Assembly: GCA_047495785.1 (NCBI GenBank)
Contig: JBLDXI010000020.1
Coordinates: forward strand, 186,001 to 250,000
Length of the DNA: 64,000 bases
Reading direction: 5' to 3'
Origin: Lepidodermella squamata
Taxonomy: Eukaryota; Animalia; Gastrotricha
The notes under the pieces were generated by a model. It was not told where the DNA came from and made no database searches. It was given only the letters and a program-made list of their open reading frames with translations. The position numbers and the translations under genes are program-made. Below, one piece after another: positions 1 to 13,896 of the stretch (within the stretch, counting starts at the first letter, position 1; each line of letters begins with the position of its first letter).

Positions 1-1659
1 GTCGTGAAGCAGCTGTTTAACAGCTAACACTCGAAACCTAAGATTGGTGACTTTTTAATCTGGGTGCGAGAGTTATTCAAGAACCTAACTTGTGTTGAAA
101 GGCTGGACGAATCTGGTAGGTTCCAAGTTTGTCACCATCGTTTTCATCGGGCATTTTTTTAGAAAATTCCTAGAAAAGAATAAAGCAGACAATTAGGATA
201 ATTTTCGAAAGGCAGGGTGCATCGATAATCCCACACATCCATGCACGAACTGCAAGAAATTGAAACATGAGTTTGAAAAATATGCAATTTGATAACGAAT
301 TGACACAGCTTCACAAACAGAACGCGCAAAATCTTGTAGACCTTTTGCAGTAGGTATGGTATTTTAAAAATATTAATTTCACCAGGTTTATGAATAAGGG
401 ACGGAAAACGGAATGTGTATGCAAACAACATGAAGTAGAATATAGTTATTAGGATCAGAATCTGGAACCCCAAAACTGTTGATCGAACTGTCTCAACTTC
501 GCAGTTAATTGACTTCTTTAGAACTAAAGCTATTCACTCAGCATCTGTGATCGATATGAAAATCAATCTAGGTAATCTGATGATTTTTCGTTCGAATGAC
601 CGAGTTAAGCTGTGAGCATCTGTCATGAAAAACTTACTTCAAAGGTAGCAAGTGCGCAGCCTAGTTAGTCATAATGAAGAACCATGAAGAACGTTTCGCA
701 TGAATGATTGATGTTGTCAGCGGAATTGAAATGAGTACCAAAACTTGTCACCAATGATTCTGCATTTGGATAAATAAGGCTCAATGGAGAGCAAAATAAT
801 ATGAAAGTTAGAGAGCACGCTAGGCCGATATGCCAACTCAGGCATCAGCTCGGTACGGAACTCGAAGCAAAATTTCAGCACATAGGCAACTAGGCGACGA
901 TTTCAATTGGCAACTGAAGGATTCACTCTAAATATGAATCTACACATGCTTGTAATTAATAATTATACGTCGTACTCGCTACAAGAGCTTTTGTCCATTT
1001 AACGGGCGCGAATGGGCGAATGGTAGAGTAGGGGTAGGGTACTGACAAGCCTGGCGCCACGAACGACTCAACGACATGACCATAAGGTCAGCGTAGAGGC
1101 TAGTCCGACAGGCATCCAACAGGACTGTACTGGATGCACAGCACTTCTGCTGAACGCCCCTCACTGGACCTGACTGAGGATAGCGACAAACAATTTAGAT
1201 GTTGGTTCCTCTTAGATTACGACCATTAGAGGAGTGTGGCATCCCACGTCTAAGCCCTTAAGCGGTGGCTGCGAGTCAAAAGCTCGAGATCGAAAGTCGC
1301 ACAACGTCACTCAAGCCTTAAGCTAAAAGCATCCAAGAGCGACACCATTCGATCGCACTTCTAAGGTGGGAGAGTAGATCCTCGCTTCGAGAAAAACGGC
1401 AACGTTATGATGACACTAAGGACGCTATTTTTGTTATTTTTCAAATTCATCTGAAAAATGTTTTATAATTTTAATCTTATTTAGTTATTATTATTCTGGT
1501 GAATACTTATTACATAGCAACGTGGTGGCAACGCCGCTAAGTTTTTCCGTCACTTGAGCGCCTTAGTCAGGTTACACCACAAGCCCCGTTCGTCAAAAAT
1601 TTCAGCAAATAGCAGCGGTCTATCATCATGCCATCTTCTACCTGACTAGCAACAAACGG

Positions 1660-3640
1660 ATGAGACGCAGTGGACACCAGCGTTGGGCATTGGTGAAAAC
1701 TGCCCTAGGAAATCAGGCGCTTTCGAAAAAACTGAGTGAAGAAAAACCTCGAAAATTGAAAGCACTGGAACATGGAACACGGGACGTTTAGCTGGATAAT
1801 TTATTGATAAGATGGCATTTTTAGCGGATGCTTCTTGTCACCTATATAGAGTTGTTAATTGATGGAATGAGCCGCTATTATTCAGAACTGCGGCATCAAA
1901 TTGAGGAGCATTCCGAGTCACTACTTGCGAAACGCTATTTGGAACTGCTACATTTGCTGAATGGTGACGTTGAATGCTCTGGAAGTGAACTCAGTGACTT
2001 TTCTGATGATGCGGAAGAGAATGTATATTTTTTTAATTTGATGTCGGGATTTCAATATTGACTGTATTTTTGCAGTTGGATAGGCGCGTCAAGCGGAAAC
2101 AGAAAAAGAGCCACGGGAAGCATCGAAAGGACGGACAAGATAAGATTGGCCACGTGGCGGATCTAGATGGCGTGAAGACTAAGGTATCAGAGGATAAGGT
2201 TGAAATGCCGATGGAGAAAAAGAGAGAGACGGATGAAAAGTTCAGTAAGTTTCCGTGCGGTACCAAACTTTCGTAGGTAATTCCAAACTAATGTTAGAGC
2301 GATGGTTGAGAAGAAAAAATGCTCAACTACGCAAGGCAAAGAAACAGGAGCAGCTGGAACTTGAGCGAAAAAGACTTTCCGAAGAAAAGGAAATGATTGA
2401 GAAATATGAAAAGTAAGTGAACTGTTTTGTTATTCATTCAATCAATTCAAAAGATGTTTTGAAGGCAACGTAGAGGTCAAATCGCTTACAATGAATGGTT
2501 GTCAAATAAATATTCCGAGTTGAATGGTAAAAAATCTATTGGCGCCTCTCGGAGGAACTCAGCTTCTAAGCTAAGGAACCGCGAGGAAAGCGAGTTTGGC
2601 TTATCAGGAAGCAATAAAGCTGATATTTTGGATCATGGCGAGACATCGTCGGAATCACACCTAAAATCAAGGACAGAAGATGGCGAGGATAAGGTGGCAG
2701 CAGACAAAATAGATAATCCCAAGGATCAACCCATTAATGACAGCGATTTGGAAATTTCCTCGTCAAGCGGGGAAGAAGGCGAGCCTCTCGGTGAATTGAA
2801 TCGAGCGGAAAATAATCCTCTCAGTTCCTCCAAGGACAATTCAGCGGCCAATGGCGAGCGTAGCGAATTGGGAGCTCGCGAGGATGAAATTCCCAGAGCC
2901 AAGGCTGCCAATCAGCCCATCATGTCCGAAACCCAAGTGAAAGAAAACGGAAAGAAGAGCGAGCCGATACCTGTTATGTCATCCGAACCCCAGCACAGCA
3001 AGTCGACTAAACCGAAAGCAAAAAATGTTGATATCGATCATTCAGTTAACGCTAATGCCAGAGAAAGAGGTGCTAAGGTCGAGCAAGAGAGTGAGCCAGA
3101 GAGTAGTTCGACGGATCATCTACGCAAGCGCATAAGCTACGACGATTGGATGAAAGCTCAAAGGGCAAGTCAATGCATTTTATAAATGCACGTACCATTT
3201 TACAAGTCTTGCAATTCTAGGCAAAGTCAGCCATGCAAAAAGCTACGATAGAAAAAGAGCAACAGGATATAAAAGCTTCTCTTCATAAAATGTCAGATGC
3301 TGGATTATCAGCTCGCCAACGCGTAGATCATATACTCAATGACGAAGAAGCTGAAAAAGCTTATAAAACTAAGGCCGATCTGAAACAAAGGCCAAAATCA
3401 TCTTCCTCATCATCTTCATCTAGTCGGCGAATTTCACACGAGGATGTTCGCCAAGCAGCAGCTTCAAAGCCAGCCACCAATCGGCGCCGTGATACATCAG
3501 CCAAATCTGCTGCTGCTGAGAAACCTGAGAGAAAACCATCCGAAGATAGTGGTCCCCATGGGAATATTACGTCGAGTCTTGATACCACTAATATTGAAGG
3601 CGAAGTATTTTCGTTGACTGCTCTCTCAGTGGATGGTTAA
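1660..3640 (+). CDS. Multi-exon charged/coiled-coil low-complexity protein with repeated (F/Y)xxW(L/M)xxK-type motifs (CCDC34/CCDC181/MAP9-like, family uncertain)
   Basis: ORFs 1828-2061, 2058-2276, 2499-3185 and 3233-3640 join through short introns. Exons read ...RWLRRKNAQLRKAKKQEQLELERKR..., RRGQIAYNEWLSNK and ISYDDWMKAQ. AATAAA at 3825. Start codon uncertain. Confidence 0.55.
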
Positions 3641-4162
3641 AAGGGACCCTATATTGGTTGTCAACTGCTAGGTGATTCATTGCTGTTATGATTCGACTGC
3701 TAAATTTCAGAAGAATTTATTTGTATCTTATTCTATCTTTTTGATTGTTTTCCTTCTGCTGAGCTGCATGCCAACATTCCCCTTAGATCTAGTGCATCCT
3801 ATATCGTGTTTTGATGTAAGTTGCAATAAAGATTTCTGAACAAATTCGTGTTTATTTTCAACATTTTCTACATCTCATCATGACTACAAGGCATCACACT
3901 ACATGCCATTAGAGAGTTGATAAAGTTAAGAATAGCATTATTACACGACGGAATTATAGCACAATTTGAAGATCAAAATACAAAAAGCATTCATGAAAAG
4001 CAATCAAGCTATTAAAATCACGATGAAGTGGAATCGTTCCAACAAACAGCTTTGCGTCGCAAAAATATTTATTTGAGGTGATGAAAAAATACAAGGGAGA
4101 GATGGAATCTTCAAGTCACAGGTCACAAGCGGACAGACAATTTACATATAATCATATTGCAT

Positions 4163-7100
4163 TTAAATTGCGAATGTGAATTCTTCATTCTGCGCAGTTC
4201 CCAGGCGCAGATGCAGAGTTGATCGGTCAGACCAGAAGAGCAAGCGAGGCAGCGCGCGCTGAGCGGCCAGCAGCTGATCCGGCGCAACAACAGGAGCTGG
4301 AAGGCTTTTTACAAGCTTCATCAACTGACTCGACGAAGATGAAAACAGCGACGACGATGCCGGCTGCCAAAATGACACCTTACGGTGACCAGCAGAGTAC
4401 GAGGCTAGATGTCTGCCATCGGGCGAGAACAGCAGCTCCGTAACCGACTGACCACCGTGCGCGTTTACCGCTTGCGATGCGAATCTAGCCCACGGTCCGC
4501 CTGGTGCTGAAACCGATTTAGGTGGCTCGTAAAACACAAGTAGACCAGTGCGACCACCGACGGCTATACGCTGGGAATGGATGCAGAAGGCGACAGATGG
4601 CAGCCGACCCAGATGTGGAATGAAATCGGCAAGCTGCCGGCCGCGCAATGCGCTTGGGTCGAGGCAAAAAACAGCAATATCGACCGCTTCCAGTAGCAAT
4701 TCACTCACATCAGTCGGATACCTTTCGACCAGCGAATCCAGCAAGCGAAGAATGTCTCCTCGAGCCCAAAGCAACGCAGCGGGGCTTTTTGGATCAGATG
4801 TGAACTGAGTGTTATCCGCCGAACTACCGTAAGCACCGCCGCCGAGCAAGGCTGAAGGCGACGGTGGCGCAGCTGATATATTAGCCAAACTAGGCGACGC
4901 TGCCAGAGATGCATAGAATCGTCGAACTTCAGTGGCGATCGTAACTATGAACTGCTTGGGTCTGGCGGATGCGATCAGTGCAAGAGAGTGGCGAGCCGTG
5001 CGACTGGCGTCGGCCGCCGGAGACAGAGGCACGAAGGAAGCCATCGCGCTGTGATGTTCACTGGTGCTGAGAAAAGCATTCCAAGCGCTGGCTTGCTCGC
5101 TAGCTGCAGCAGGGCAGAGGGCAAGGAGGGCTAGTAGGACTTGGCTAATATCAAGATATGGCTCCCAAATAGCAAACCCTCGGCCGACCAGCGCAGCCGA
5201 AGCACGCCGTACAGCTGCGAGGGCGTTGAGTTGATCAGTAGTGGAAGAAACAAGGAAGGCCAGTGAACAAGCGGTGGCCTGAGCCAAAACGCCATCGGCC
5301 ACGGAAAAACCTTCCACAAATGCTTTAGGAGCTTTCGCTTCGCCCGGTTGATTCGTGATTGCGGGTGCCTCCTTCCCGACAGGTGAGACGACTGCCTGAC
5401 CGAAATCTGTTCCAATGATTGACAACAAAATTACCGCGGTCGCTTGCAGCCGCCTTAAATCTCCGGCGTCGAACTGGCGCATGGTGCCGGTAGGAGTGGA
5501 TTGACCAGGCGCAACCGGCATTGGCCGCGTCGCTGGGCAGATAAGCTCATGAAGGTCATCCGTAGTCTCACTGCTGCTCAAATAGTTGGGCGGGCGGGTT
5601 GAAGCCTGTGAAGGCATCAAACCATTAGGCTGCTGAGGCAGATATGGTGCCCAGATGTCGACAATCAATTTACGCCCAGCAGCCCCAATACGGCTGAGCT
5701 CTGCCGACAGCAGAGACTGGGCCGCGTCGCGAATCGCCAAGCACTGATCGTGGAAACGATTTGCCAGAGTCTGCAATGGCGGGGCGCGGTAGTTGGAGCC
5801 AACAATTTCGGGAAGCAACACAGTGTACATAGTGCAAATTTGCAACCAAAGCTGCGCGTCTTGTCCGGTTGGCGGGAGCTTCCGACCGGTGCCCGGCGGA
5901 GGAGGGCGCGGAGGTCCCTGGAAGCCAGCCGGAGGAGGCGGGCGCGGGGGAGCCTGGGCGCCAACCTGCTCCAAGCGCGCCGCGGCGTTAGCCAGCGCCA
6001 CGATGGGCAAAAGACGGCTGGCGGTTAGCAGCGCACCAGAAGCCCAATACGCACGTAAAGCCCAAGTTTCGACATTGGAAGTAGATGCGGCTGCGGCTAG
6101 TTCAGCTGCGAATGGATTGGATGACGCAACCGAGGTCGTGGACGCTGACGGGGCGCGTGACCGTGCCGACGAGCTTCTTTTAGTCAACACGCTCAACCAG
6201 CCAGGCAGTAACGAAAACAGCTGCCCTGAGACAATGGCGCCGAAGCAAGGCAATGGCGCAGATGACGGAGGTTGAATATTAAGGCGACTTATGATTTGCG
6301 CATCAAGTTCTGGCGACAAGCCCCATGAATGGAGGATTGAAAAGAGAAGGCGGAGAAGGCGCGAAGGCTCGCATGAAACGCTTTGTTGGGCCTGCTCGGT
6401 AAAATGCGTTGATAGCATAGGCGACCCAGGAGCCATTTGATGACGACCAGGAGCCGGTGATTCGCCCCCTGTCTTGCCATAATCCGGCACGAGTCTCTCT
6501 GCGGCCAATGTGACTGTTTTAAAATAAAAATTGGTATGAAAAGAAATAATTTGGGTAGAGAAATTTACTGATCAAAGTTTCGATGTCGATGTAAGCAACC
6601 AAGGCATCTGCTGCATAACTCGTCAAACTGAGATGCAGAGGCTGGATATGTACTGGAGTATTAGGTAACTTGAATGGAGCCTGCGGTTGTTGGGTAGGAA
6701 CGGCAAGGGAGGCTCCGCGAGTCGCAGCTGCCGGAGCAGGTGTCGCAGAATTCGAATTCGAGTGAAAACGAAGGCGCCGGTGTAGCTGATTGATGATTGG
6801 GCGGTTTTTCTTGCGGGGCTGCATTACAACCTCAACAGTGCCCGGGGCCGTGTCCATGTCACAAGCCGCAAGGACGGCCTCAGCTCTTATCGAACTGACC
6901 ACGCGATCGACTGAAAAATCATAAAAAATCAAGCAAGGTTAACAGGCAATAAGGAAAAATTTACGATGGCCGGTTTCCATTTCCCAAATGTACACATCGC
7001 CGTTGGTGAGACGAACCAGCATGAAATCGTGGGCTGGGCGCCAGCGAATTAAACTGACTGGATATGGATGCTGACTGGCAAGAAGGTGACAGCGTTGCTC

Positions 7101-10100
7101 TTTGACGTTCAGTAACGCCACCGAATTGTCTGAGGCGATCGAGCATACGCAAGATAGAAGGCGAAGCTGAAAAAACATGAACAAATATTTACTAATATTC
7201 ACGTTTGGGCAGCTTGATCATGGGCCACAGACACTTTTGAACTGCTACTTTTCAAAATGCTATTAAAATTAGAACAGGACGGGCCACGGAGCAGCAAGCA
7301 GTTAGTATGGATGACAAATAGACTGAAGAATGTTGTAAGCAAATAGATAATGTGATAATTGATGCTTGTAGTCGCATTCTCTGTAATAACAGGCAGCAAG
7401 CACCCCGAAATAGGACGTACAGCTCTTTGGTATGTCACGGAGAAAAACCCGTCTAACGAGGGTTCGATGTCCGCCTTAAAAGTTTTCCAATCGGGAAATA
7501 TTTAAGCAAGGATGTCGCTATAAATCAAGTAGGCTAAGCGAGAAATGAGATATAACGTACCACAGTGCAGTTCGGGGGAGTGATGAGTAAGCGAAGAATT
7601 TCGCCCGCCTGGACCGTGAATCTATGCAGCCGGGCGCCCTGGCGCAATGACCACACGCAAACGGCGAAATCAGCACCACCACTCAGCAACTGATCGGGAT
7701 CGTAGCGCGAGTCGTCGGCATACGGGTACAAAAGGGCAGTGACACGCGATGGCACGTGACCTTCAAGCATTTGCAAATGCTCAGGGCCTCGCACTCCCTT
7801 GCTACCCAGTAAGCATTCGTGCAATAGATCGATCGCCGGGCAAATTGCTATGCGTCCATCATCCAGCCCGCATACAAGACGTTGGCTATCGGCGATAAAC
7901 ACGCTAACCGTGACATGAGCCGTACCCGTACCGAACCACGACCATTGAGGCTGGGTAAGAAGACCAGCCGGGTCCGAGGGTGAATTGATCTGGCTTCTGT
8001 AGTCTTTCCAAGTATCCGCAAGTGAAATGCGCCAAATTGGTTCAACTACTGACGGGAAACCTCCCTCAGTTGAAGTCTGGGCTGTTTTGTCGGTAGCAAG
8101 AACCCGCCAAGCTGACAAATGGCCGAAATTGTCGCCGGCCACAAGTAAATGTTGATTCTGCGAATAATACATAGACATGCATGTTGAAGCAGCAGCTGCA
8201 GCGATCCCGGGGGAATTCGGGCCAGGATGCGCGTATTTGTAGAGAAGCTCAGGGCTCGCCACCTGATCGGGGGCGACCGTATGAAATGCATCATGACCAG
8301 CGACCGAACTAAGGAAAGTAAAAGCCAAGAGTCAGAAGCAGTTAAACTATTGCAAGTGGAAAACAAAATAAACATAGTCAAGACACAAACAATAGACAAT
8401 GAATGAATCAAGCAAATGCTGTCAAGTAACGTGGACAGGCCAAAAAAAATAAAGTCGAGAAAAAATGTGGGAAATTGTAAGCGCTGTAACTTTTGACGGC
8501 AAGCGCGCTGGTTGGACGCTAAGAATCTAATAATGAATACAACCAAAGCTTCTAAAGGAGCCAAGTTTGTCAAACTTAAATCGACAACCCACCTTGGACG
8601 GTTGATAACGCTTTACAAATTACATCAATTACACGTTAATGATGGCACCAAGTCATCGAAACATAGACCGGATGTTAAACACGTCAATACTTGACCAACA
8701 AAAATCATAAAAAGCAGCTGGAGACGGCAATATTAAAATAACGCATCATGCAACCTCTTCTGAAATAAGGTTACAAGAGAGGTACCGAAAGAGAATAGTA
8801 ATCAAAAGATAACAAATTACACAATGATATGTCAATTGCAAATTATGAGATCGTTACGCGTTCGAACTCGAAAAAAACATAGTAAATACACAATTGTACC
8901 TTCGCCCACAAACACTTCCTCTTCGTCTAGTGAGATGTAGCAGAAATAATCGCAAAAAGTAAATTTAAGAATTCTACCAAGATTTCATAAGTGTAAAATT
9001 AGGCTTTGATGAGGACTGAGTTAGCTGATGGATAAATTTCTCTCTAGCAACTCACTTCGACGGCAGCCGGTATACATAAGCCGTTCCAGCTGTTGACCAA
9101 ATCAAAACCGTGCTGAGATTAAGAAAAACACCTCCTATCCAGCGTTCACCGCGGGAAGTCGCAGCTGAGATGAAAATGGTTACCAATTCGATTCAATCAA
9201 CAAAAAAAAGCCTTACAGGATGAAGGTACAGCCTGCTGGCACAGTGTTGAGAAATCAGACAAGTCGTAGACTTGCCAATATTTTGCGCAAACAACAAGAG
9301 CAGTGCGACGACTTTGTGGACAGCACACTAGATCGACAACATTGCAGGCACGAATCGGCTTCGACTCGTTTTCAGATATCGCATCAGTCGACTAAAACAT
9401 TCAAATAGCGATGGAATTCGATATTAAACATGTTATCATACCACATTGTCCCCGAATGTCCACACCTTGGCGACAGCGGATTGCGTAATTGCCACCACGA
9501 CATTTTCTGAAATTAACGTATGAGTAGGCACAATTTAATTCCACTCGCTAGGTACCTCTCTTGGAGGCCAGATGAAAGACAGTGAACGCAGATATCCAAT
9601 CCGGAGAAACGCGTGAAACAAGGTTAAATAGAATCACGAGAGAAATCGGATCGATCACTCGCATGTCTTGGTAATGACCCACACAGAAAAGTCGCACTGA
9701 TCCAGATGGAGCGCAAGCAAACGCTTGGACTTTAGTAGTAGTGAAATTGAACTTCCTGTGTTTTACAGAGTTGAATGTATCCAAATTCCAAGTTACAAGA
9801 TCTCTGATAAAATAAAGAGACACCAAATACATAATCAAGTAATTTATCGTTATCATACCCATCTTCGCTCGAGCTAGTGAAATACCAGTTAGAATTTGAT
9901 GGCTCTTGATATAACGCTATCGAATTGACGACGTCTGCATGACACTCAATTATCGCAAAAGGTTCTGCTTTGCTCTGAAACAATAAATTGTACAGAAAAT
10001 TTATCGTTCTTTGCGTCTTACTTGACTCGCGCCATCTTCATAATGAACCAGTGCTATATGGCCACAGGTCGTGCCGTATACGATCACCCTAGCATCGCTG

Positions 10101-10186
10101 CCAAACACAACAGATGAAATGGACATCTGAGGTGGCTTGGAAGACCAGAACACTACGGGCAGCATCAGTTTACCGCTTTGAACCAT
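4163..10186 (-). CDS. WDR7: WD repeat-containing protein 7 / rabconnectin-3 beta
   Basis: N-terminus MVQSGKLMLPVVFWSSKPP, then SRVSPDWIS, ENESKPI, VVCAKYWQVYD, LLSGGADFAVCVW, CVCSIASDNSVALL...HPYPVSLIRWRP, ILHSWGL, LANRFHDQCLAIRDAAQSLLSAEL, GRGFAIWEPYLD and FSPDGRHLASYS. These match recalled WDR7 blocks in order, across short GT-AG introns. Confidence 0.93.
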
Positions 10187-12044
10187 TTTCGATGAGAAAA
10201 CTAAACGTAAAAGTCAAGTAAGCGATGAATTTAATCAGCAGAGATGATATAAACACCACTTTTACGGCCACATATCATAATACATAAGATACTAACTGAT
10301 GCATGGAATTTAGACCTTGGTATCAATTCTAGTGTTATAACAGAGCGTGAGTTGATAGGAAAAAATCAGATGGCTCGACATGATGCAACAGTAAGATAGA
10401 ATTATGAATTGAGACGTATTTGGGCAGCTGAGACACGAGACACTTGCTCGACCCTTCCTCACTCGGAGTGAATGGCGCTTCCCCATGTCAGTCGCCCGGG
10501 CTGATTACATTCGAGTTAGGTGTTGATTGTTGATGAAGCCTTATTCCTCATTAGGGCACTGTGAAATAATCGAGAATCCAGGACGTCATCATCATCGTCA
10601 TCATTTGTATTGAAGAAACTATTGAATAAGTGTTTGGCTGACTACAGCCTCTAGCTGGCACTATATTTTCAACTTTTCTATTTTCCAACTGTAATAACCA
10701 AAAAATGCTTTGAATAGGCCTTACTGCCTGCTGCCTGGGATCATCAAGGGGACAAGAAGTCGAGGGATCACCAAGGGCCAGCCTACCTCCCCTCATACCT
10801 TGGGGACCTCCTCATCGCCAAGGGCCAGGAAGATTCTGTGACGGTAAGTCTGTTGGTTTCCGAGAGTCTTAGATCCCACCGCGGCACTTTTTTGGCCCCT
10901 GCCAGCTAGAAAAATGGTAATATGACTTCCAAGCTTATTTGAATCTATAAAAGTAGGCAAATTTTTTATTGTTTTATAAAAATTAAATTATCATTTTGTT
11001 TTTATGTATTCAAATTTTTCGCGGGTTAGCGCGCTATCAGTTTTTAACAGATGGAAAACGGATGGAAAACCGCTTGAAGATGAAGAAATGAAGAACTTAC
11101 AGCGAATCCACAACTCATAGCCTTGTTCGAAGGCCGCCGGCGCCTGCTACCATCTTCTGGCATCGCTTGAGAAGTAACCCTGTTATTTCAGCGACATATG
11201 CTTAACGGATTACAGGTCAAATAAGCTGATTGCGTCCTTCTGTATTCGCTCCTTCGGACCAGATTCGGTCGTTGAGTTCGAGATAGTAATATCTATGACA
11301 TTGCAATAAAAAAGGAACCTTGCAAGCCATTCCTACCTACGGTTTTTCCTGACATTAATTAAGGTTTTTCCAGAGTAAATCTCTGGAGTTACTCATTTGA
11401 CACGCTTAGCATCAGCATGAGCCAGCAACCGGCGTGAAGAAGTCTGAGCGTCATACATTTCAACGACTGCTACAGCCACACCCGGATTTTGGTTATGTAT
11501 GCATGAGGAATCGAACCACAGCAGTGCGATGTTGATGCCAAACGAACAAATAATCCTCTTTGTCCACGCGTAAAAAGAAAAATCGCCAAAAATTGGATGC
11601 GCGTTTATATAAAAACACCATAGGTAACACAAAATCAAAGAAGTGCAAAACAGTATTATGTCCAACGCATGTCTTGATGGCGCGAAAACGGTGCATTCCG
11701 GTAAAAATGGCCGGCGCCATTCGATCCGCCGTGATCAACTACTTCCATGTTCGACTCGGTGACATATTTTTCTGAAAATTTCGAAAATAAAGCTGTTTGT
11801 TCGATTTATCTCACCGCCGCACCGACGACGAATCAGTCCGCAGTCCGGTTCTTCGAGAAGCATGAAATTCACGGCTACAGCAGTCCACTCAAAGCGTGTA
11901 GGCGTGATCAATTTCCTTAAGTATAAAAGATTTTACTACTCACAAATAACGTTTCAAACACGATTGGGGACAAAACTGGTAACACTTGTTTTGATAGCCC
12001 TGAGACATGTTTGTTAATATCCTTACTGGTTGTTAGACCCTGAA

Positions 12045-12093
12045 CCCTGAAGAAGACTATGGATAAAAGTCGAAACATGTTGGAACATGTTGG
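12045..12093 (+). ncRNA. Minimal type-I hammerhead ribozyme of Penelope-like pLTR type
   Basis: cc-CTGAAGA-a-gact(atggataaa)agtc-GAAA-catgtt-gg: CUGANGA and GAAA core boxes, 4-bp stem II, palindromic stem III and cc/gg stem I. The cleavage triplet is GUU. Confidence 0.55.
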
Positions 12094-12381
12094 CGACGGA
12101 TTCTTTTAATAGTTCTATTAATTGAAACCATTTTTTTTACTCCGAAGTTCTGTCGTGCGACTCTTACATTTATTAAACAAAGAATCCTGCAACTATAGTG
12201 TATTTCCTAGTATAGATTAGGAGCAAGCATACAGCGACTTCAGAAAAAGAAACTCAAGAAATTTTGATAGCAACTTTTTGATTGATTTTTTTGATAGCAA
12301 CTTTTGGTGACACAAGTCTTATTTACTCGATAACATTTCGTGTTGCTTTTGGTTTATATTGTCGATGGTTATAAACAACGT

Positions 12382-12870
12382 TTATCTCCTTTTGCCCCAG
12401 CTACTTTCCATGCGCAGCCACTGATTTCCCGAGCTGATGATGAAAATGAAATGATTAGTTGAAGGATTCAGGAAAAATAAGTGATCTCACCGCTTCTTAC
12501 GCCCCCAACTGCTTTCCATGTTCACCCACGAAGCCTCATTCCCGATTTTCTTCGGCTGCAATATTTTTGTCTTACCAGTGCGCTTTTGGAACATAGCATC
12601 GTCTCCATCTTCGTTGTCCTCAAGGAGATATTGCACAAGTTCATCGATCATTTCGTCATCATCGACCATTTCGTTGTCGTTGTCGGCGCTGCGCTTCTCC
12701 TTGCCGAACGAATTGACCTCGTCATCTGCGGTATCAAAATTTCCGAGAGAGTCGTCAAGCTTCAGAACACCATTGTCCTCTTCATCGCTTAGTTGAACAG
12801 CCGGGGCCGCGAAGATGGGCAACACGGCGAAAGCGAAGATGAGAGCAGAAGCGGCAGAGAATGTTCGCAT
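12382..12870 (-). CDS. Mip: MIP/allatostatin-B-type (W-X6-Wamide) neuropeptide precursor A, 2 peptides
   Basis: Signal peptide MRTFSAASALIFAFAVLPIFAAPA, acidic spacers and KR sites. Exon 1 (12870-12491) ends ...KKIGNEASWVNMESSWG-RKKR. A 57-nt GT-AG intron (12490-12434) is followed by exon 2, SGNQWLRMESSWG-KRR-stop. Confidence 0.88.
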
Positions 12871-13896
12871 TGCTGTCCGGAGGAATAAATTACTTTATTT
12901 TAGGAAAAATGCTAGAGATGATGATTGGTCTAGGACGATTTGAAATGCGGTGAAGAAAATTTGAATGTACTTTAGGGAATTACGTAGGTGGAAAATTGTT
13001 ACATCGGGCAATGATTGGCCGGCAAGAGAAATGGGCCATGTAAGAGTGAAAGAAAGTACAAATCTAATGGGTATTAAGGCTAAGTTTTGGCTTCGTTCGC
13101 CGATTCAGTGATGCGGGGGTGGCATAACCGTGCGTAATGTGGTTAAATCTCAGCCAGTAAGAAGCTTCGGTATGTGGCAGCATTGCGTTGAAAAAATATT
13201 GGATTCACCCTGCGCAGATTACGGAACTCACCGAGGCAAAATAATTTGCTACTCCGGCACGCGGAACAAAGAGTAATAAGAGTGCGACACAAAACAAGCA
13301 ATAACATATCAGATTAAATCGGCTCCATTGTTTTTTCACGAAAGCCAGATATTGACACAACCGATCGATTGCAGCCATTCAACAGCATGCACATTCTCTC
13401 CAAGAGCCTACCACAAGTTCGAGGGTGACGGGATTTCTCATGGGACTACGTCAAAAAACTTAGCGCACTTGAAGCCGAAAACCAAACTCAAATTTGTGTT
13501 CATTATTATTAAAGATTTATTTAAAAATGTGTCACGATACTTTCGATCACTTCGCAGGCCATAAGTGCTCAAGATTTTATATTGAAATTCTTTGAAGAGA
13601 TTCAATCAGCCTTCAGGATTTATTGACTTCAGATCTAATATTAAAATCCGAGTGGCTACAACATTAATTTTATATAAAATTTCATCTAAAATAAATCTTG
13701 ACTTGAGATCTGCTAGAAGTGACTCGAATCCGAAATGTAGGTCAATCGGAACTCAAGAGCATGACGAAAAGATTGCGGGGTCTGACGACGTGTTGGGGGT
13801 TCGACTAGACACGGCAATGAGCCGCTCAGCGTGTAACAATTACGACAGAGATGAATAACAGGCATGAAATAGCTCCGATTTCTTGAATCTGAACTC

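Noticed and set aside
979-1400. GC-richer stretch with several small hairpins (possible ribozyme or retroelement UTR)
   Set aside because: Could not fit HDV or hammerhead consensus. Identity unsupported.
4219-6480. Several 60-160 aa ORFs overlapping WDR7 (similar cases overlap the MIP, SLC5, PLK1, SLC6 and calumenin genes)
   Set aside because: Antisense or off-frame shadows of GC-richer coding exons, with no recognisable motifs.
12690-12725. DEVNSFG-KEKR in precursor A as an extra SFamide peptide
   Set aside because: The Gly is followed by KE before KR, so standard processing would not expose it for amidation.
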